DNA of 64,000 bases from an uncultured Planctomycetota bacterium (GCA_963849325.1 CAWKHF010000012.1:96001-160000), one strand, 5' to 3'; numbered from the stretch's first letter, positions 34,414-46,444 are shown. Notes: a model not told the origin generated them from the sequence alone. Program-made: numbers and translations.

Positions 34414-36971
34414 ATGGGCTGGAAGTCATCGTTCGGTGGGCTGACACTGCTGCTGACCATCCTGGTCGGCTGCAAGGGGCGCGTTTTCCTCACCGAAGAC
34501 CAGGCCAACATCTACAAGGGCATGGTGCCGGCCAACCTGGATCAGAACCCCAACGTGGGAGCCAATCCGACCATCCCCATGGTCGGCGCGCCGCCGACGT
34601 TGTATAACCTCGAACGCCAGATTCGCTACCTGTCGCTGGCCGAGGCCGTCTCCATCGCCCTGGAACAGGGCACCGTCGGCCAGCCGAGCTTGCTCTTCCC
34701 CGGCATCGGCCTGGACAACCTGATCGCGGCGCCGCAGGGTTCGGCGCCGAGCGGCTCGGACTCCATCCGCGTGCTGGCCATGGACCCGGCGACGACGGCG
34801 GCCAACATCGACGCCTCGCTGGCCAAGTTCGACGCCGTGGTTGGCAGCAGCATGATCTGGAACACCACCGATCAGCCCATCGCCTCGGCCTTGCAGAACC
34901 TGCAGGCCGGCGGCTCGACCAGCGGCATCAACGCCATCGTCCAGGAACAGGCCCAGTTCCAGAGCGGCATCTACAAGCCGTTGCCGACCGGCGGTGTGGC
35001 CGGCATCACCTTCACGGTGCCGTACACGTTCACGAACCTGCCGGCCCGCATCAACCCGTCCTATCAGCCGTCGTTGCAATTTCAATTTGAGCAACCTCTG
35101 TTGCAGGGCTTCGGCGTCGAGATCAACCAGCTGCGCGCCTTCCACCCCGGTTCGATCATCCCCTTCTCGCCGCCCAACAGCTTGACGGGTCCGCCGGCGG
35201 CGCAGTATCTGCCGGTCGGCTTCAACAACACCTCCGGCGTCGGCCTGGGCGTGCCGCCGGGCATCCTGATCGCCCGCATCCGCTTCAACCAGAACCGGGC
35301 CGAATTCGAGCGCAACGTCAACCAGATGCTGCTCAACGTCGAGAACGCCTACTGGAACCTGTTCGGCTCGTACTGGCAGCTGTACAGCCGCGAGCAGGGT
35401 CTGCGCTTCGCCTACGAGGCGTGGAAGATCGTCGGCGCCAAGTACAAGGTCGGCCGCGTCAGTCTCGCCGATTTCGCCCAGGCCGAGGGCCAGTACAACC
35501 TGTTCCGCAGTCAGCGCCTGCAGGCCATCGATACGGTGCTGGACAACGAACGTCAGCTGCGGGCCATCATGGGCATGCAGATCGAGGACGGCACGCGCCT
35601 GGTGCCCAGCGATGCGCCGACGCTGGCCGAGTATCGTCCCAACTGGGAGACCGCCCTGGTGGAGGCGCTGCAAAATCGTCCCGAGTTGTACATGGCCCGC
35701 CAGGACGTCAAGGTGGCGCAGTTGCAACGTCCAGTTGGCCAAGAACTATCTGCTGCCCGACCTGCGCAGCTACGCCCTGTACGACGCCAACTCCATCGGC
35801 ACTCAGCTGGACAGCTCGACCTCCAACAACGCCGGCAACGCCTTCCGCAACCTGGCCTCCAACACGTTCAACGATTGGACGATTGGCCTGCGCCTGGCGA
35901 TGCCGCTGGGCTTCCGCTTCGCCCATGCGCAGTTGCGCCAGGCCCAGCTGCAGCTGGCTCGCGCCTTCTTCGTGCTGCAGGATCAGGAGCTGAAGGCCGA
36001 GCGTTTCCTGGGTCTGTACTATCGCCGCATGTCGTCGGGCTACGCCCAGATCAAGGCGGCCCGCGCCCAGCGCGAGGCGTTCGCCACGCAGTTGCAGCGT
36101 CCGCTACGAGAAATACCGGGCCGGAGCCCAGGACGCGACCCTGGACCTGCTGTTGGAGGCGCAGCGCTTCTGGGCCGACGCCCTGGCCACCGAGTACCAG
36201 GCCATCGTCACCTACAACAACGCCATCGCCGGCTTCGAGTACGCCAAGGGCACGATCTTGCAGCACGATAACGTGACCATCTCCGAAGGGCCGATCCCGG
36301 TCGCCGCCCAGAAGCGGGCCGTCGAGCACCTGCGCGAGCGGACCAAGGCCCTGGTGCTGCGCGAGCGTGCGGCGCCACCGGCGTGCTGGCGCAAGCCGTT
36401 GCAGTCGGGCGGGCCGGTCAACATGGTCCCGCAGATCAACGCCAGCTCGCTGCCGTCGATGTGGAAGGACATGCCGCCGCTCAAGGACGCCGAGGAGGCG
36501 CCGGCGACGTCGCAAATCGATCGGGAGCACGCCGACCAGTTACCCAAGCTCGTCGAGGAAACGCCGCAGCACGAGGTGTTCCCCGAGAGCGAGTTGCCCA
36601 GCGGGGCCAAGGCCCCGAGCGCCGGGCAGCCTGCGGCGCCGACGGCCACGCCGACTCCGGCTTCCAGCCGCCGCAAGACGCCGGCGCGGACGACCTCGAC
36701 CTTCGGTAGCCTGCGTCCGCCGGAGCAACCGACGCCGGTCCTTCCGGCCGCGCCACCGGCTTCGGGGACGCCCTCGGTCCCGACAACGGTGCCGATGTCG
36801 GCCACGCCGACGGCCCCGCTGACGACCGGTATCCCGCCAACGTCTCCGAGTGCGGCGACGCCGGCCATCCCGACAACACCGCCCGCTGCCGCGACGCCGA
36901 TGGCACCAATGATGCCCCTGGCGACAACGCCACCGGCGGCGACAACCCAACCGCTCTTGCCTCTGCAATAA
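34414..36971 (+). CDS. TolC-family outer-membrane efflux lipoprotein with Pro/Thr-rich tail, frameshifted
   Basis: Lipobox ILVGC, LSLAEAVSIALE, QPLLQGFG, VENAYWNL, ALQNRPEL, LLEAQR. Confidence 0.85.
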
Positions 36972-36998
36972 GGGAGGGCGGCGCAGCTCCAGAAGCCT

Positions 36999-37071
36999 CC
37001 GAGCCTGAAGCGTAAGCGAAGAGCGCGATAATCTTCGGTTATCGCGCTCTTCGCTTACGCTTCAGGCTCGG
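36999..37071. repeat. REP-like palindrome family B between convergent genes (possible terminator)
   Basis: Long perfect arms around a short loop. Confidence 0.85.
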
Positions 37072-37092
37072 TGGCGTGCGGTTCTATTGCAT

Positions 37093-37914
37093 TTACGTCC
37101 ACTCGTCATCGCCCCAGTGCCGGCGGCGCTCGTTCTCCGCTTGCAGGGCCAGGAAACTGCTGACGCAGAACATGGCGAAGAACAGGGCCATGAACATGTC
37201 GCCCGATTGAAACAGCGGCAGCCGCAAGAGCATCTCACCATGAAAGAGTTTGATGCTCAGGACGCCGGATTCCAGGAAGGGCAGATGGATGAGCGGACGG
37301 CCCTTCGAGGCCATCAATTCGTGGGCGGCGAGAAACCCCGATACGACCAAGGACATCCCCAGCGAGACGGCGGTCCCCCGGACGCGCATCAGTCCCTGGC
37401 ACACTTCCCGACTGATCTGGCCGCCATCGAGCGGCCAGATCGGCAACAGATTCAGCAACGGCCACAGCAGGTTGATCTCGAACAGCATGGACCAGACCAG
37501 CGCGGCGGAGCGGCGCGAGGCCGGCGGAATGAGAGCGGCCGGCCAGTCCTTGCACAACCAGATGACGGCCAGCAACACCAACTGAATGAGCGGTCCCGCG
37601 AAGGACACGAGGATGCGCTGGCCGCGCCGGTTGAGTCGATTGCTGCCGATGGCCAGCCCCCCGAAGCTGTACAGCACGATGTGACCGGCCGAGCCAAACA
37701 GACGCCCCATCCAGACGTGCCCGAACTCGTGCAGCAGGACGGAGACGAACACGCAAGCCACCCAGGCCAATACGAAGCCGATGCCTTCGCGGATGGTACT
37801 GTCATATCCCAGGATGACACTCACGAGCCAGAACATCGGATGGACGCGCACCGGCGTACCGAACATGCGCCAGCGCAGGTCGTAGCGCGTCTCGTCTGGT
37901 TCGAGCAGAAACAC
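37093..37914 (-). CDS. Site-2 protease (M50 family)
   Basis: LLHEFGH, SFAGP, NLLPIWPLDGG. Confidence 0.92.
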   Translation of the reverse strand: MFLLEPDETRYDLRWRMFGTPVRVHPMFWLVSVILGYDSTIREGIGFVLAWVACVFVSVLLHEFGHVWMGRLFGSAGHIVLYSFGGLAIGSNRLNRRGQRILVSFAGPLIQLVLLAVIWLCKDWPAALIPPASRRSAALVWSMLFEINLLWPLLNLLPIWPLDGGQISREVCQGLMRVRGTAVSLGMSLVVSGFLAAHELMASKGRPLIHLPFLESGVLSIKLFHGEMLLRLPLFQSGDMFMALFFAMFCVSSFLALQAENERRRHWGDDEWT

Positions 37915-38049
37915 GGCGGCGACCCTTCGAGGAGGGGATCGTGGACTCGCTGCTGATTGTCGAGCCGCGCCGCGGGATCGGCAAGAGCAATCCGCTGCCG
38001 GCGCGATTTGCGTCGCCAAGTCGAGCTGGCCCCTTTACAATCCCTGGAC

Positions 38050-39181
38050 ATGGACTGGACCGAGCTGCGCCGCGAATGCCCCGTGACCCAGCGATGGGCG
38101 TACTTCGATCACGCCGCCGTCGCTCCGCTGACCGAGCGCGCGCGGCGAACGCTGGTCGAATGGGCCGCCGACCTCGCCGACAACGGCGTCGTCCACGATT
38201 CCGCTCGCGTCCGCCGCGTCGAGGAGGTGCGCCGGCAGGCTGGCCAGCTTACTCCACGCCGATCCGCTCGACATCGCCTTCGTCAAGAACACCAGCGAGG
38301 GCGTCGGCATCGTCGCCGAGGGACTGCCCTGGCAGCCCGGCGACAACGTGGTGACAGCGGAGGACGAGTATCCCGCCAACCTCTACCCGTGGATGAACCT
38401 CGCCGGCCGCGGCGTCGAGCTGCGGCGCGTGCCGAGCCGCGAGGGCCGCATCCTCCTCGACGACCTCCGCGCCGCCATCGACGGCCGCACGCGCCTGGTC
38501 AGCCTCAGCTTCGTCGAGTACGCCAGCGGCTTCCGCAACGACCTGGACGCGGTCGGCGAACTGTGCCGCGAGAAGGGCGTGCTGTTTTTCGTCGATGCCA
38601 TCCAGGGTCTGGGCGTGCTGCCGCTCGACGTGCAGCGGACGCCGATCGACTTCCTCGCCGCCGACGGGCACAAGTGGCTGCTCGGTCCCGAGGGGGCCGG
38701 CCTGTTCTGGGTCCGCCGCGAGTTGGTCGAGCAACTGCATCCCGTCGGCGTCGGCTGGAACAGCGTGGTCGACAGCCGAAACTTCGACCGCGTCGAGTTT
38801 CGCCTGAAGCCGCACGCCGGCCGCTGGGAGAGCGGCAGTCTCAACGTCGGCGGCATCCTCGCCCTGGGGGCCAGCCTGGAGCTGCTCCTGGCCGTCGGCA
38901 TCGAGGCGATCGCCGCGCGCGTCCTGGACCTGACCGATCATCTGTGCGAGCGGGCCGCACGGGCCGGCGTGGAGGTCTACAGCAGCCGGCGGCCGGGCGA
39001 GAAGTCGGGCATCGTCTCGCTGATGCGTCCGCGGCGACGTGCGCGGACGTGGTACGCCGCTGCCGCGATGCCGGGAGTCGTGGTCAACCAGCGGGCCGGC
39101 CGGCTGCGCGTCAGCCCGCACGCCTACAATACCGTCGAGGAGCTGGATCGTCTGGTCGCGCTGCTCGGAGCCTCGACATGA
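38050..39181 (+). CDS. Class V PLP aminotransferase / cysteine desulfurase-like, frameshifted
   Basis: YFDHAAVAP, KNTSEG, VDAIQGLG, DGHKWLLGPEG, RVSPHAYN. Confidence 0.9.
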
Positions 39182-39688
39182 CCCCGCCGCTCAGCCATCG
39201 CCTCGCCGTCTACACCGGCACCTTCGACCCCGTCCACCTCGGCCACCTCGACATCATCAGTCGCGGCAGCCGGATCTTCGACCGGCTCATCGTCGGCGTC
39301 GGCATCAACCCGGACAAGCAGCCGTTCTTCGACCACCAGGAGCGCGTCGAGCTGGTGCGGGCGGTCATCAAGCCGTATCCCAACGTGTCGGTGCGAGCCG
39401 TTCACCGGCCTGGCGGTGACGTTCGTGCGCGAGGTCGGCGCCCGCGTCATGCTCCGCGGTCTGCGCACGACCAGCGACATGGAGAACGAGTTCACCATGT
39501 CGCTGATGAACCTCAACCTCGATCCCGGAGATCGAGACGGTGTTCCTGATGGCCAAGGAAGCGTACTCGCACGTCAGCAGCACGCTGCTGCGCCAGATCG
39601 CCACGTTCGGCGGCCACCTCGACAAGTTCCTGCCGCCGGAGGTCAAGGACGCCCTGGAAGCGACGAGTGCGCCAACGGCGAGGAATAA
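39178..39688 (+). CDS. coaD: Pantetheine-phosphate adenylyltransferase, frameshifted
   Basis: YTGTFDPVHLGHLDII, LRGLRTTSD, HVSSTLLRQIA. Confidence 0.92.
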
Positions 39689-39781
39689 CTGCATCCCCAA
39701 CGCAGCGCTCCGGCTCGATATTCCCTCTGACACACGACCATTCGCCGTTAGCGGACGGTGACCAGGACAGAAGCTGTAGCG

Positions 39782-40627
39782 ATGCAGCCAATCCCACGGA
39801 TTCCGGGCTATCAACTGTTGCAGCGCCTCGGCGGCGGGCCGATGACGGCCGTTTATTCCGCCCGCGCGATCGACGGCGACGCTCCCTGTGCGATCAAGGT
39901 GCTGCGCGAGGACTGGGATGATCCCGAGACGGGCGTCAAGTTGTTGCAGCGCGAGGCCCGCGCCGGCCTGGGCGTTCGCCACCCGCACCTGGTTCGCGTT
40001 CGACAGGCCCACGTCACGGCGCCGCCCTACTTCCTGGTGATGGAGCTGCTGCCGGGCGAGTCGCTGCGGCGCCGGCTGCGCCGCGACTTCCGCCTGCCGG
40101 TGTCCGAGGCGGTGTGGATCGTGCGGCAAATCACCGAAGCCCTGTCGGCGCTGCACGCGGCCGGCTTCCTCCACGGCGACATCAAGCCGGATAACGTCCG
40201 TCTCATCGACGACGGCACCGCCGTCCTCATCGACCTGGGTTTCGCACACCGGCCAGGCGAGAATGCCGCCTTCCTGCGGGCCGGCTACGTTCTGGGCACG
40301 GCCAACTACCTGGCGCCGGAGCAATGCGATCCGCTGCCGGCCGAGGACCTCAGCAGCGATCTGTTCAGCCTGGGAGTGATGTTTTTCGAGATGCTCACGG
40401 GCCGGCTGCCTTACCCGCCCGGCTCGCTGCGGCAGACGTTCCGACGTCACCGCTGCGATCCCCCCGCCGACATCCGCCGCAGCGTCGCCAATCTGCCGGC
40501 CGCGCTCGTCACGCTCCTGGAGCGTTTGCTGGCCCATCGAGCGGAGGACCGGCCGCGAACCGCCGCCGTCGTGCAGCAGCTCGTGCGGTTGGAAATCGCC
40601 ACCCTCAAACGACGCCGCTCGGCCTGA
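39782..40627 (+). CDS. Ser/Thr protein kinase (Hanks type)
   Basis: AIKVL, HGDIKPDN, DLGFA, GTANYLAPE, SDLFSLG. Confidence 0.92.
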   Translation: MQPIPRIPGYQLLQRLGGGPMTAVYSARAIDGDAPCAIKVLREDWDDPETGVKLLQREARAGLGVRHPHLVRVRQAHVTAPPYFLVMELLPGESLRRRLRRDFRLPVSEAVWIVRQITEALSALHAAGFLHGDIKPDNVRLIDDGTAVLIDLGFAHRPGENAAFLRAGYVLGTANYLAPEQCDPLPAEDLSSDLFSLGVMFFEMLTGRLPYPPGSLRQTFRRHRCDPPADIRRSVANLPAALVTLLERLLAHRAEDRPRTAAVVQQLVRLEIATLKRRRSA

Positions 40628-40638
40628 ACGCGCCGTTC

Positions 40639-41151
40639 TCAGGTCAACCCCTCGTCGGTGTGCAGGTCGTTTTCCGTGAACAGCGTGAAGCCCAGGCGCG
40701 ACAGCGTGCTGGCCGCCGTCTCGTGGTCCTCGACGTGCAGGGCGACGGCCGCCCGACCGTGCGGCCCAATCAGCAGCGGATAGGCGTAGTGAATGCTGAT
40801 CTCCGCTCCCAACAGCGCCTTGCAGATGTCCAGCAGCGGTTGATCGCCCTCGGGCAGCTGCACGACGAGCAGATCGCTCTCGGTAATGGGCAGCCGGGCG
40901 CGACGGAAGATTTCCAGGGCGCGCTCGGGGTCGCTCAGCACCATGCGGATGATGGCGCAGTCGGCGGAATCGTTGACGGTCAGCGAGACAATGCGGATGT
41001 CGGTGGTCTCGAAATGACGAACCACCGACAACAGGTTGCCCACGCGGTTTTCGACGAACACATTGAATTGACGCACGCTCGGCCAATCGCGTCCGCGCGC
41101 CGTTGCGAAGGGAGTGGTCGAGCCGGTATCCTCGCCTTGCCCGTGGCTCAT
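40639..41151 (-). CDS. ACT-domain protein
   Basis: VRQFNVFVENRVGNL, IHYAYPLL; tandem ACT pattern. Confidence 0.8.
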   Translation of the reverse strand: MSHGQGEDTGSTTPFATARGRDWPSVRQFNVFVENRVGNLLSVVRHFETTDIRIVSLTVNDSADCAIIRMVLSDPERALEIFRRARLPITESDLLVVQLPEGDQPLLDICKALLGAEISIHYAYPLLIGPHGRAAVALHVEDHETAASTLSRLGFTLFTENDLHTDEGLT

Positions 41152-41223
41152 GGCGTACCTCTTTGGGTTGAAGACGGTTTGTAGTGTACGCCAGCAGACG
41201 CGCGAGCGTCAATTGCGCCTCAC

Positions 41224-41685
41224 TCACGCTCCGGCGCGCAGACGGCACATCGTCACGCGGTTGCCGAGGTCGTTGAAGCGCACCCACGTCATGTAGGTGC
41301 GCATCAGCAGCAGTCCGCGGCCGTGCGGCCGCTCCAGGTTCTCCGGGTTAAGCGGATCGGGCACGTCTGCCGGGTTGAAGCCCGGCCCCTGGTCCTCGAT
41401 CTCGGCGACGACGCAGGCCGGCGTGACGTGATAGCGGAGGTGGACCTGCTTGTTCGGATCGCCCCGGTGTCCGTGCTTGATGGCGTTGACCAGCGCTTCT
41501 TCCAGGGCCAGCCGCACGCCGAACGCTTCCTTGTGCGAGTACCCCGCGCTGTCCAAGGCGGCGACGATGTCCTCGATGATCGGGACAATCTCGTTCGGAG
41601 CGCGCAACGTCCGCGCACGCCAGTCCTCCGGTCCACGCGGATGATCGGCTTCGCGCGGGCAGACCTCCAACGGAGAATGAACCAA
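41224..41685 (-). CDS. RsbW-like anti-sigma factor / HATPase_c protein
   Basis: LALEEALVNAIKHG, IEDQGPGFNP, GRGLLLM. Confidence 0.88.
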   Translation of the reverse strand: MVHSPLEVCPREADHPRGPEDWRARTLRAPNEIVPIIEDIVAALDSAGYSHKEAFGVRLALEEALVNAIKHGHRGDPNKQVHLRYHVTPACVVAEIEDQGPGFNPADVPDPLNPENLERPHGRGLLLMRTYMTWVRFNDLGNRVTMCRLRAGA

Positions 41686-41749
41686 AACAACCTCCCTCGT
41701 CCGGCTGACGAATCGATGGGCGAATGGTTTCATTCCAGACAATCTTTCG

Positions 41750-41798
41750 GAGCCGGAAGCGTAAGCGAAGAGATTCTCTTCGCTTACGCTTCCGGCTC
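41750..41798. repeat. REP-like palindrome family B (variant)
   Basis: GAGCCGGAAGCGTAAGCGAAGAG/CTCTTCGCTTACGCTTCCGGCTC. Confidence 0.85.
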
Positions 41799-41939
41799 GG
41801 AGAGACGGCGTTCGCTGAAGCTGATCCATTCGACTAGCATTTCCCGTGCCAACTCCGTGGCGGCGCTGACAGGAGAGCGATGGAGTGCTAGACTCAGCTA
41901 CAGGGCCGCCCCGTCCTTGAGCCATTGGCTGTATCCATC

Positions 41940-43226
41940 ATGCAAAACGAACCCAACACAGCCCAGACGCCTTTCCAGATCAACGTCGCCGACCGCGTCA
42001 AGCGACTGCCCCCCTATCTATTCGGCAAAATCAACGAGCTGAAATACCGCAAGCGCCGCGCCGGCGTGGACATCATCGACCTGGGCATGGGCAATCCCAC
42101 CGACGTGCCCGACCCGCAAGTGATCGACAAGCTCTGCGAGGCCGCCCACGACGAGCGCAACCACCGCTATTCCGTCAGCAACGGCCTGCACAACCTACGC
42201 CGGGAGGTGGCCCTTCGCTATGCCCGCCGTCATGGGGTGCAGCTCGACCCCGATACGGAAGTCCTGGCCGGCCTCGGCTCCAAGGAAGTGTTCAGCCACA
42301 TGTGCCTCGCTCTGCTCGGTCCCGGCGATACCGCCATCGTGCCCGCGCCGTCGTTTCCCATCCACGTCTACGCCGTCGCCCTGGCCTCCGGCAACGTCAT
42401 CAGCCTGGACTGCACGCAGCCCGACCGCTTTCTCAGCCAATGTCGCCGTCGTCGCCGAGCACCTGTACCCGCGGCCCAAAGTGCTCGATCCTCAATTATC
42501 CGCACAACCCGAGCACGACGGTCGTCGAGCGCGACTTCTTCGTGGACGTGGTCGCCCTGGCCCGGCGCTTCGGCTTCATGGTCATCCACGACTTCGCCTA
42601 CGGCGACGTCTGCTTCGACGGCTACCGGGCGCCGAGCTTCCTGAGCGTGCCGGGCGCCAAGGAAGTCGGCGTCGAGACGACGACCATGAGCAAGGGCTAC
42701 AACATGGCCGGCTGGCGCCTGGGCTTCTGCGCCGGCAATGCCGAGATGGTGCGCGCCCTGGCCACCATCAAGGGCTATTACGATTACGGCATCTTCCAGC
42801 CGATCCAGATCGCCGGCATCGTCGCCCTGCGCCACGGCGACGACCTGGTCGATCGGCAGGCGCTGGAGTACCAGAAGCGGCGCGACGTGCTGGTGGACGG
42901 CCTGCGACGCATCGGCTGGGAGGTGGAGCCGCCGAAGGCGAGCATGTTCGTCTGGGCGCGCTACCCGCGAGGAGTGGCGCGAGCGCATGGGGTCGATCGA
43001 CTTCGCCATGAAGCTGATGGAGGAGGCGGAGGTCGCGGTCAGTCCCGGCCGCGGCTTCGGCGACGCCGGCGAGGGCTACCTGCGCCTGGCCCTGGTCGAG
43101 AACGAGCATCGTCTGCGTCAGGCGGTGCGCCAGATCGCCCGCTGCCTGCGCAGCGAAGTATCCACACCGGGCGAGCGGTGCGTAATCCACCGCTCGCCCG
43201 TTTTATGGCGGTTGGGGACTGTGTGA
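41940..43226 (+). CDS. Class I/II PLP aminotransferase (AlaC/LL-DAP aminotransferase-like), frameshifted
   Basis: [48 protein letters not shown]. Confidence 0.9.
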
Positions 43227-43360
43227 ACCGAACTTCATGTTGTCGCCGCGGAGGTCTTTGAGCGCCTCGTGCCACTGCCTTTTGTCTTCGGCGGTGCAGC
43301 CGAGTCCCACGAACAAGAGCAGAGACAGACCGACCGCGAGGCGCGCCACAGGCGTCTCAT
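43203..43360 (-). CDS. Very small lipoprotein (start uncertain)
   Basis: [11 protein letters not shown] lipobox followed by [26 protein letters not shown] overlap with the upstream gene. Confidence 0.55.
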
Positions 43361-43758
43361 CGCCCCTCCCTCCTCTCGGCGTCGTTGGAATCCGGCGCGG
43401 CCAGCAGTTGAAGGACCATCGGCCAGAACGTCTCATCCGCTCCCCGGTCCCACTGGAGGCGAACGAGGGTCTTCTCCTCGCCTCGCACCGTCTGCCCGTA
43501 CAGATGCAGACAAAAGACCTTTTGCGACTTCGTCATGCCGGCCAGGCGCAGGTCCGAACCCACGCGCTTCGAGAGCACGGAGATGCCGGCGTCGCTCAGC
43601 CCTTGCTGGATTTGTTCGGCCACCTGATCGACGGAGCCGGCGACGACCTGCCTCGATCCAGCCAAGCCGGAAGAGGGCGTCAGGAACGAATCGAGCGTAC
43701 ATCCGGCCACGGCGACCAGCAGCGCGCCGGCGCCGGCCATCCCCAGGTAACGAGACAT
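43357..43758 (-). CDS. Hypothetical lipoprotein
   Basis: RBS GGAGGG; ALLVAVAGC lipobox. Confidence 0.7.
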   Translation of the reverse strand: MSRYLGMAGAGALLVAVAGCTLDSFLTPSSGLAGSRQVVAGSVDQVAEQIQQGLSDAGISVLSKRVGSDLRLAGMTKSQKVFCLHLYGQTVRGEEKTLVRLQWDRGADETFWPMVLQLLAAPDSNDAERREGR

Positions 43759-43858
43759 GGCTCCGCCCTCCACGGTCGAGCGAGATTCGGAAGGAATGGG
43801 CGGCAACGATAGCGAGAGTGGAGGACTCGTGCAAGGGCAATTGTCCGGCATTCCGCCG

Positions 43859-44215
43859 TTATCGAGGGCCACCCCCGCGAACCGGGTTGGTCTCGCCGGG
43901 CGGTGGCGGCGCCGGGGGCATTCCCGCGTTTTGGCCCTTCTGGAGCACCCAGGTGTCTTGTCGGCCACAGAGGGTCAACGGCAGAGTAAGCGTGTCGCCA
44001 ACCAGGCTCAACGGTTTGTCCAGCAACCACAGCGGCCAGAAGAGGATCGCGCCGCGCTCGCCGCCCGGCCCGCCGCCGAAGAAGTCCTCGACGGGCATGG
44101 TGAAACCGCCGTAAGGCTTGCGCAAGTCGTTGTCTTGCACGTTGAGCGCCGTCGCGCAGCCGCTTACGGCAATCGCCATCCCCAGGGCCGCCGGGAAGAA
44201 GAGCATCCGCCGCAC
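43859..44215 (-). CDS. YceK/YidQ-like lipoprotein
   Basis: AVSGC lipobox, PYGG, LLDKPLSLVGDTLTLP. Confidence 0.75.
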   Translation of the reverse strand: MRRMLFFPAALGMAIAVSGCATALNVQDNDLRKPYGGFTMPVEDFFGGGPGGERGAILFWPLWLLDKPLSLVGDTLTLPLTLCGRQDTWVLQKGQNAGMPPAPPPPGETNPVRGGGPR

Positions 44216-44453
44216 GGATACACCGCCTTTGCTGTCGGCGAGAAGGAATGCCTTCCTATGCCGCTCTCGATACGCCCTGTCAAGTCGAGCTGTTATCCGG
44301 ATAAACCGAAGCGTGGACGTCCCGCCTGCGGGACGCCCACGCTTCGGAGCGCGGCACGCGAGTTGCAATGATTTTTTCCTGCGGTCGTTCGCTGCGAAGG
44401 CGAAGAAGTATTCCGCATCGCCCGCCGTGTAGGATTCGGAAGAGGGATTTGCC

Positions 44454-44792
44454 ATGTCAAGCGACCTGGGAGTGCTGGAACTCGAATGTGATGCCCCCCC
44501 GTACGCTATCGTGCGGGCTTGTCGAATGCTCGGGATGAACGCTCCCGAGGACGTGCGTTGGTGCCGCAAGGGCCGTCCCCACAAAGAGGGCCACGGCTGG
44601 ATGAGCTTTCTCGCCCGTCGGACCTGGGGCCGTTTGCTCGGTCGAGGACAGGCCGAGGAACCGACCTGCATCTGTGGCCGATCGTTGCCCGACCTGGAGT
44701 GCTACTCGTTTCTCTTCCAGACGGGGGAGCAGGTCGAGTACGCCATGACGCAGTGCCCCCGCTGCCGGACGATTTGCTGGGAAAAAATCTGA
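44454..44792 (+). CDS. Small Cys-containing hypothetical protein (CxC...CxxC)
   Basis: RBS GAGGG; CICG and CPRC motifs. Confidence 0.7.
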   Translation: MSSDLGVLELECDAPPYAIVRACRMLGMNAPEDVRWCRKGRPHKEGHGWMSFLARRTWGRLLGRGQAEEPTCICGRSLPDLECYSFLFQTGEQVEYAMTQCPRCRTICWEKI

Positions 44793-45218
44793 CCCGAACC
44801 AGCCATCGGCCTTTCGTGTACGTGCCAGGGCGGTATCTCGCCGCCGATCCGTTTTTCCGTCGGATCGGCGACGAGATACCGCCCTGTCGTTGCGCGCGGG
44901 CCTCGCCGGTCCCATGCCGAGGCCGGAATGCGGAAGCCGCGCTCTCCCTGGCGTGCAACGAAGGGATCATGACAGGCATGCCGGTCGGACGCGGCGTGCC
45001 TGCTTTCAAAGCCGAACGCGGCGAAGGGGATCGGTGATCTACAACAATGGTCGCGGCCCCTCATCACCACCGGGCGGGCGCCACAGTGATCTGGAGTCGG
45101 GAGCGCCCTGTCCGGAAGCCGAAGAAAAAGAGCAAGCGAAAGACGCCCGATCCTCGGCGCGCACGTCCCGGCCCGTGTGCGCCCGCGCCGCTCGTGAATC
45201 CCCCCGAAAGGAGAAACC

Positions 45219-46240
45219 TTGATGGACCGCGTTCGCCTCCCCTTCTCGGGAGTCGCCGCCGTGCTGCTGACCGCATCGGTGGCGGCCGGACAGACTCCCC
45301 AACCTGGGACCGACTACTACAGTTCGATCCCCTTGCTCCGTTTCTTCGCACCCGAAGTCGTCTGGGAACCCCCGATGGAGGAACCCTCGTTCGAGCTGGA
45401 CGAACCGCCGCTGGCATCGATGGCGGACGGCCAACTCGTCTCCTTCGAGACCGTCGTTCCTCCGAAGGACGACCCCGCTCGCATCAAGCCGACGGCCCAG
45501 CCGAGTCAATCCTCCCAACCCTGCGCCGAGCCGGTCGAGGAGTCGGGACCAATGGAATTCGAGGACTTCCCTTCCTTCAGCTGTATGCCCTTCGCGCCGC
45601 CTCCTCCGCCGCCTCCCTGCGATTGCCGCAAATGCCGCCGCCAACGCAAACACAGCGGTTGCGGGCAGGGCTACGGCTACCCTTACGCCGGCGGGCCTTA
45701 CGGCATGAACGGCGGCTGCTGCGGCTATTATCCTCCGCCGCAACAGTGCAGTTCGGGCCACAAGTGTCGCCGTAAGCACCAGGCCCAGCCGAGTTGCCCC
45801 TATCCGGGCTATGGCTATCCGGGCTATGGTTATCCGGGGTTTGCCGGTGGACCAGGACCGTGGGGGGGATGGGATACGATGGCTCGGGCGGCGATGGTTT
45901 CTGCGCCAGCCGCTATCCTCCGCCCTATTGTCCTCCGCCGTATCTATGCAACTCGGGCCACAAGTGCCGCCGCAAGCACCGTAACGACTGCCAAGTTTGT
46001 CCGCGCTGCGGCTATCCCGGCTACGGCCCCGGTGGGTACTACCCGGTGGGCGGTTGGTCCACCGGCTACGACGGGTACAATGGATTCAGCGATCCCAACT
46101 GCTACTCGAATGGCTGCGGCGGCAAGCAGCGCCACGGCCTGTTCCATCGCTGCCGTTCGTGCAAGCAAGGCCCGCCTCCCTATCCTTACCCGTACTACCC
46201 GCCCATGTCGCCGCCGTGCCTGGACTGCGGCGCGTTCTGA
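45219..46240 (+). CDS. Secreted Cys/Gly/Tyr/Pro-rich repeat protein, frameshift in a G-run near 45865
   Basis: RBS AAAGGAG, signal peptide, repeated SGHKCRRKH and GYPGY units. Confidence 0.7.
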
Positions 46241-46281
46241 TTCGATTCGTCCGGACGCACCCGGACTCGCCAGGGAATGAC

Positions 46282-46335
46282 AACCGCGATGCGGGGAAGC
46301 GCCGAGAAATCGGACGCTCTCCCCGCATCGCGGTT
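46282..46335 (+). terminator. Strong hairpin followed by a short T-run
   Basis: AACCGCGATGCGGGGA...TCCCCGCATCGCGGTTTT. Confidence 0.5.
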
Positions 46336-46444
46336 TTCCCTGTGCGCCGGTCGCCACGACAGGTAGTTTAACGAATGGACAAAGGAGCCTCACGCAAAGG
46401 CGCAAAGAGCGCAAAGAAAGACAGGAACGGAAGGACAAGCGGAC

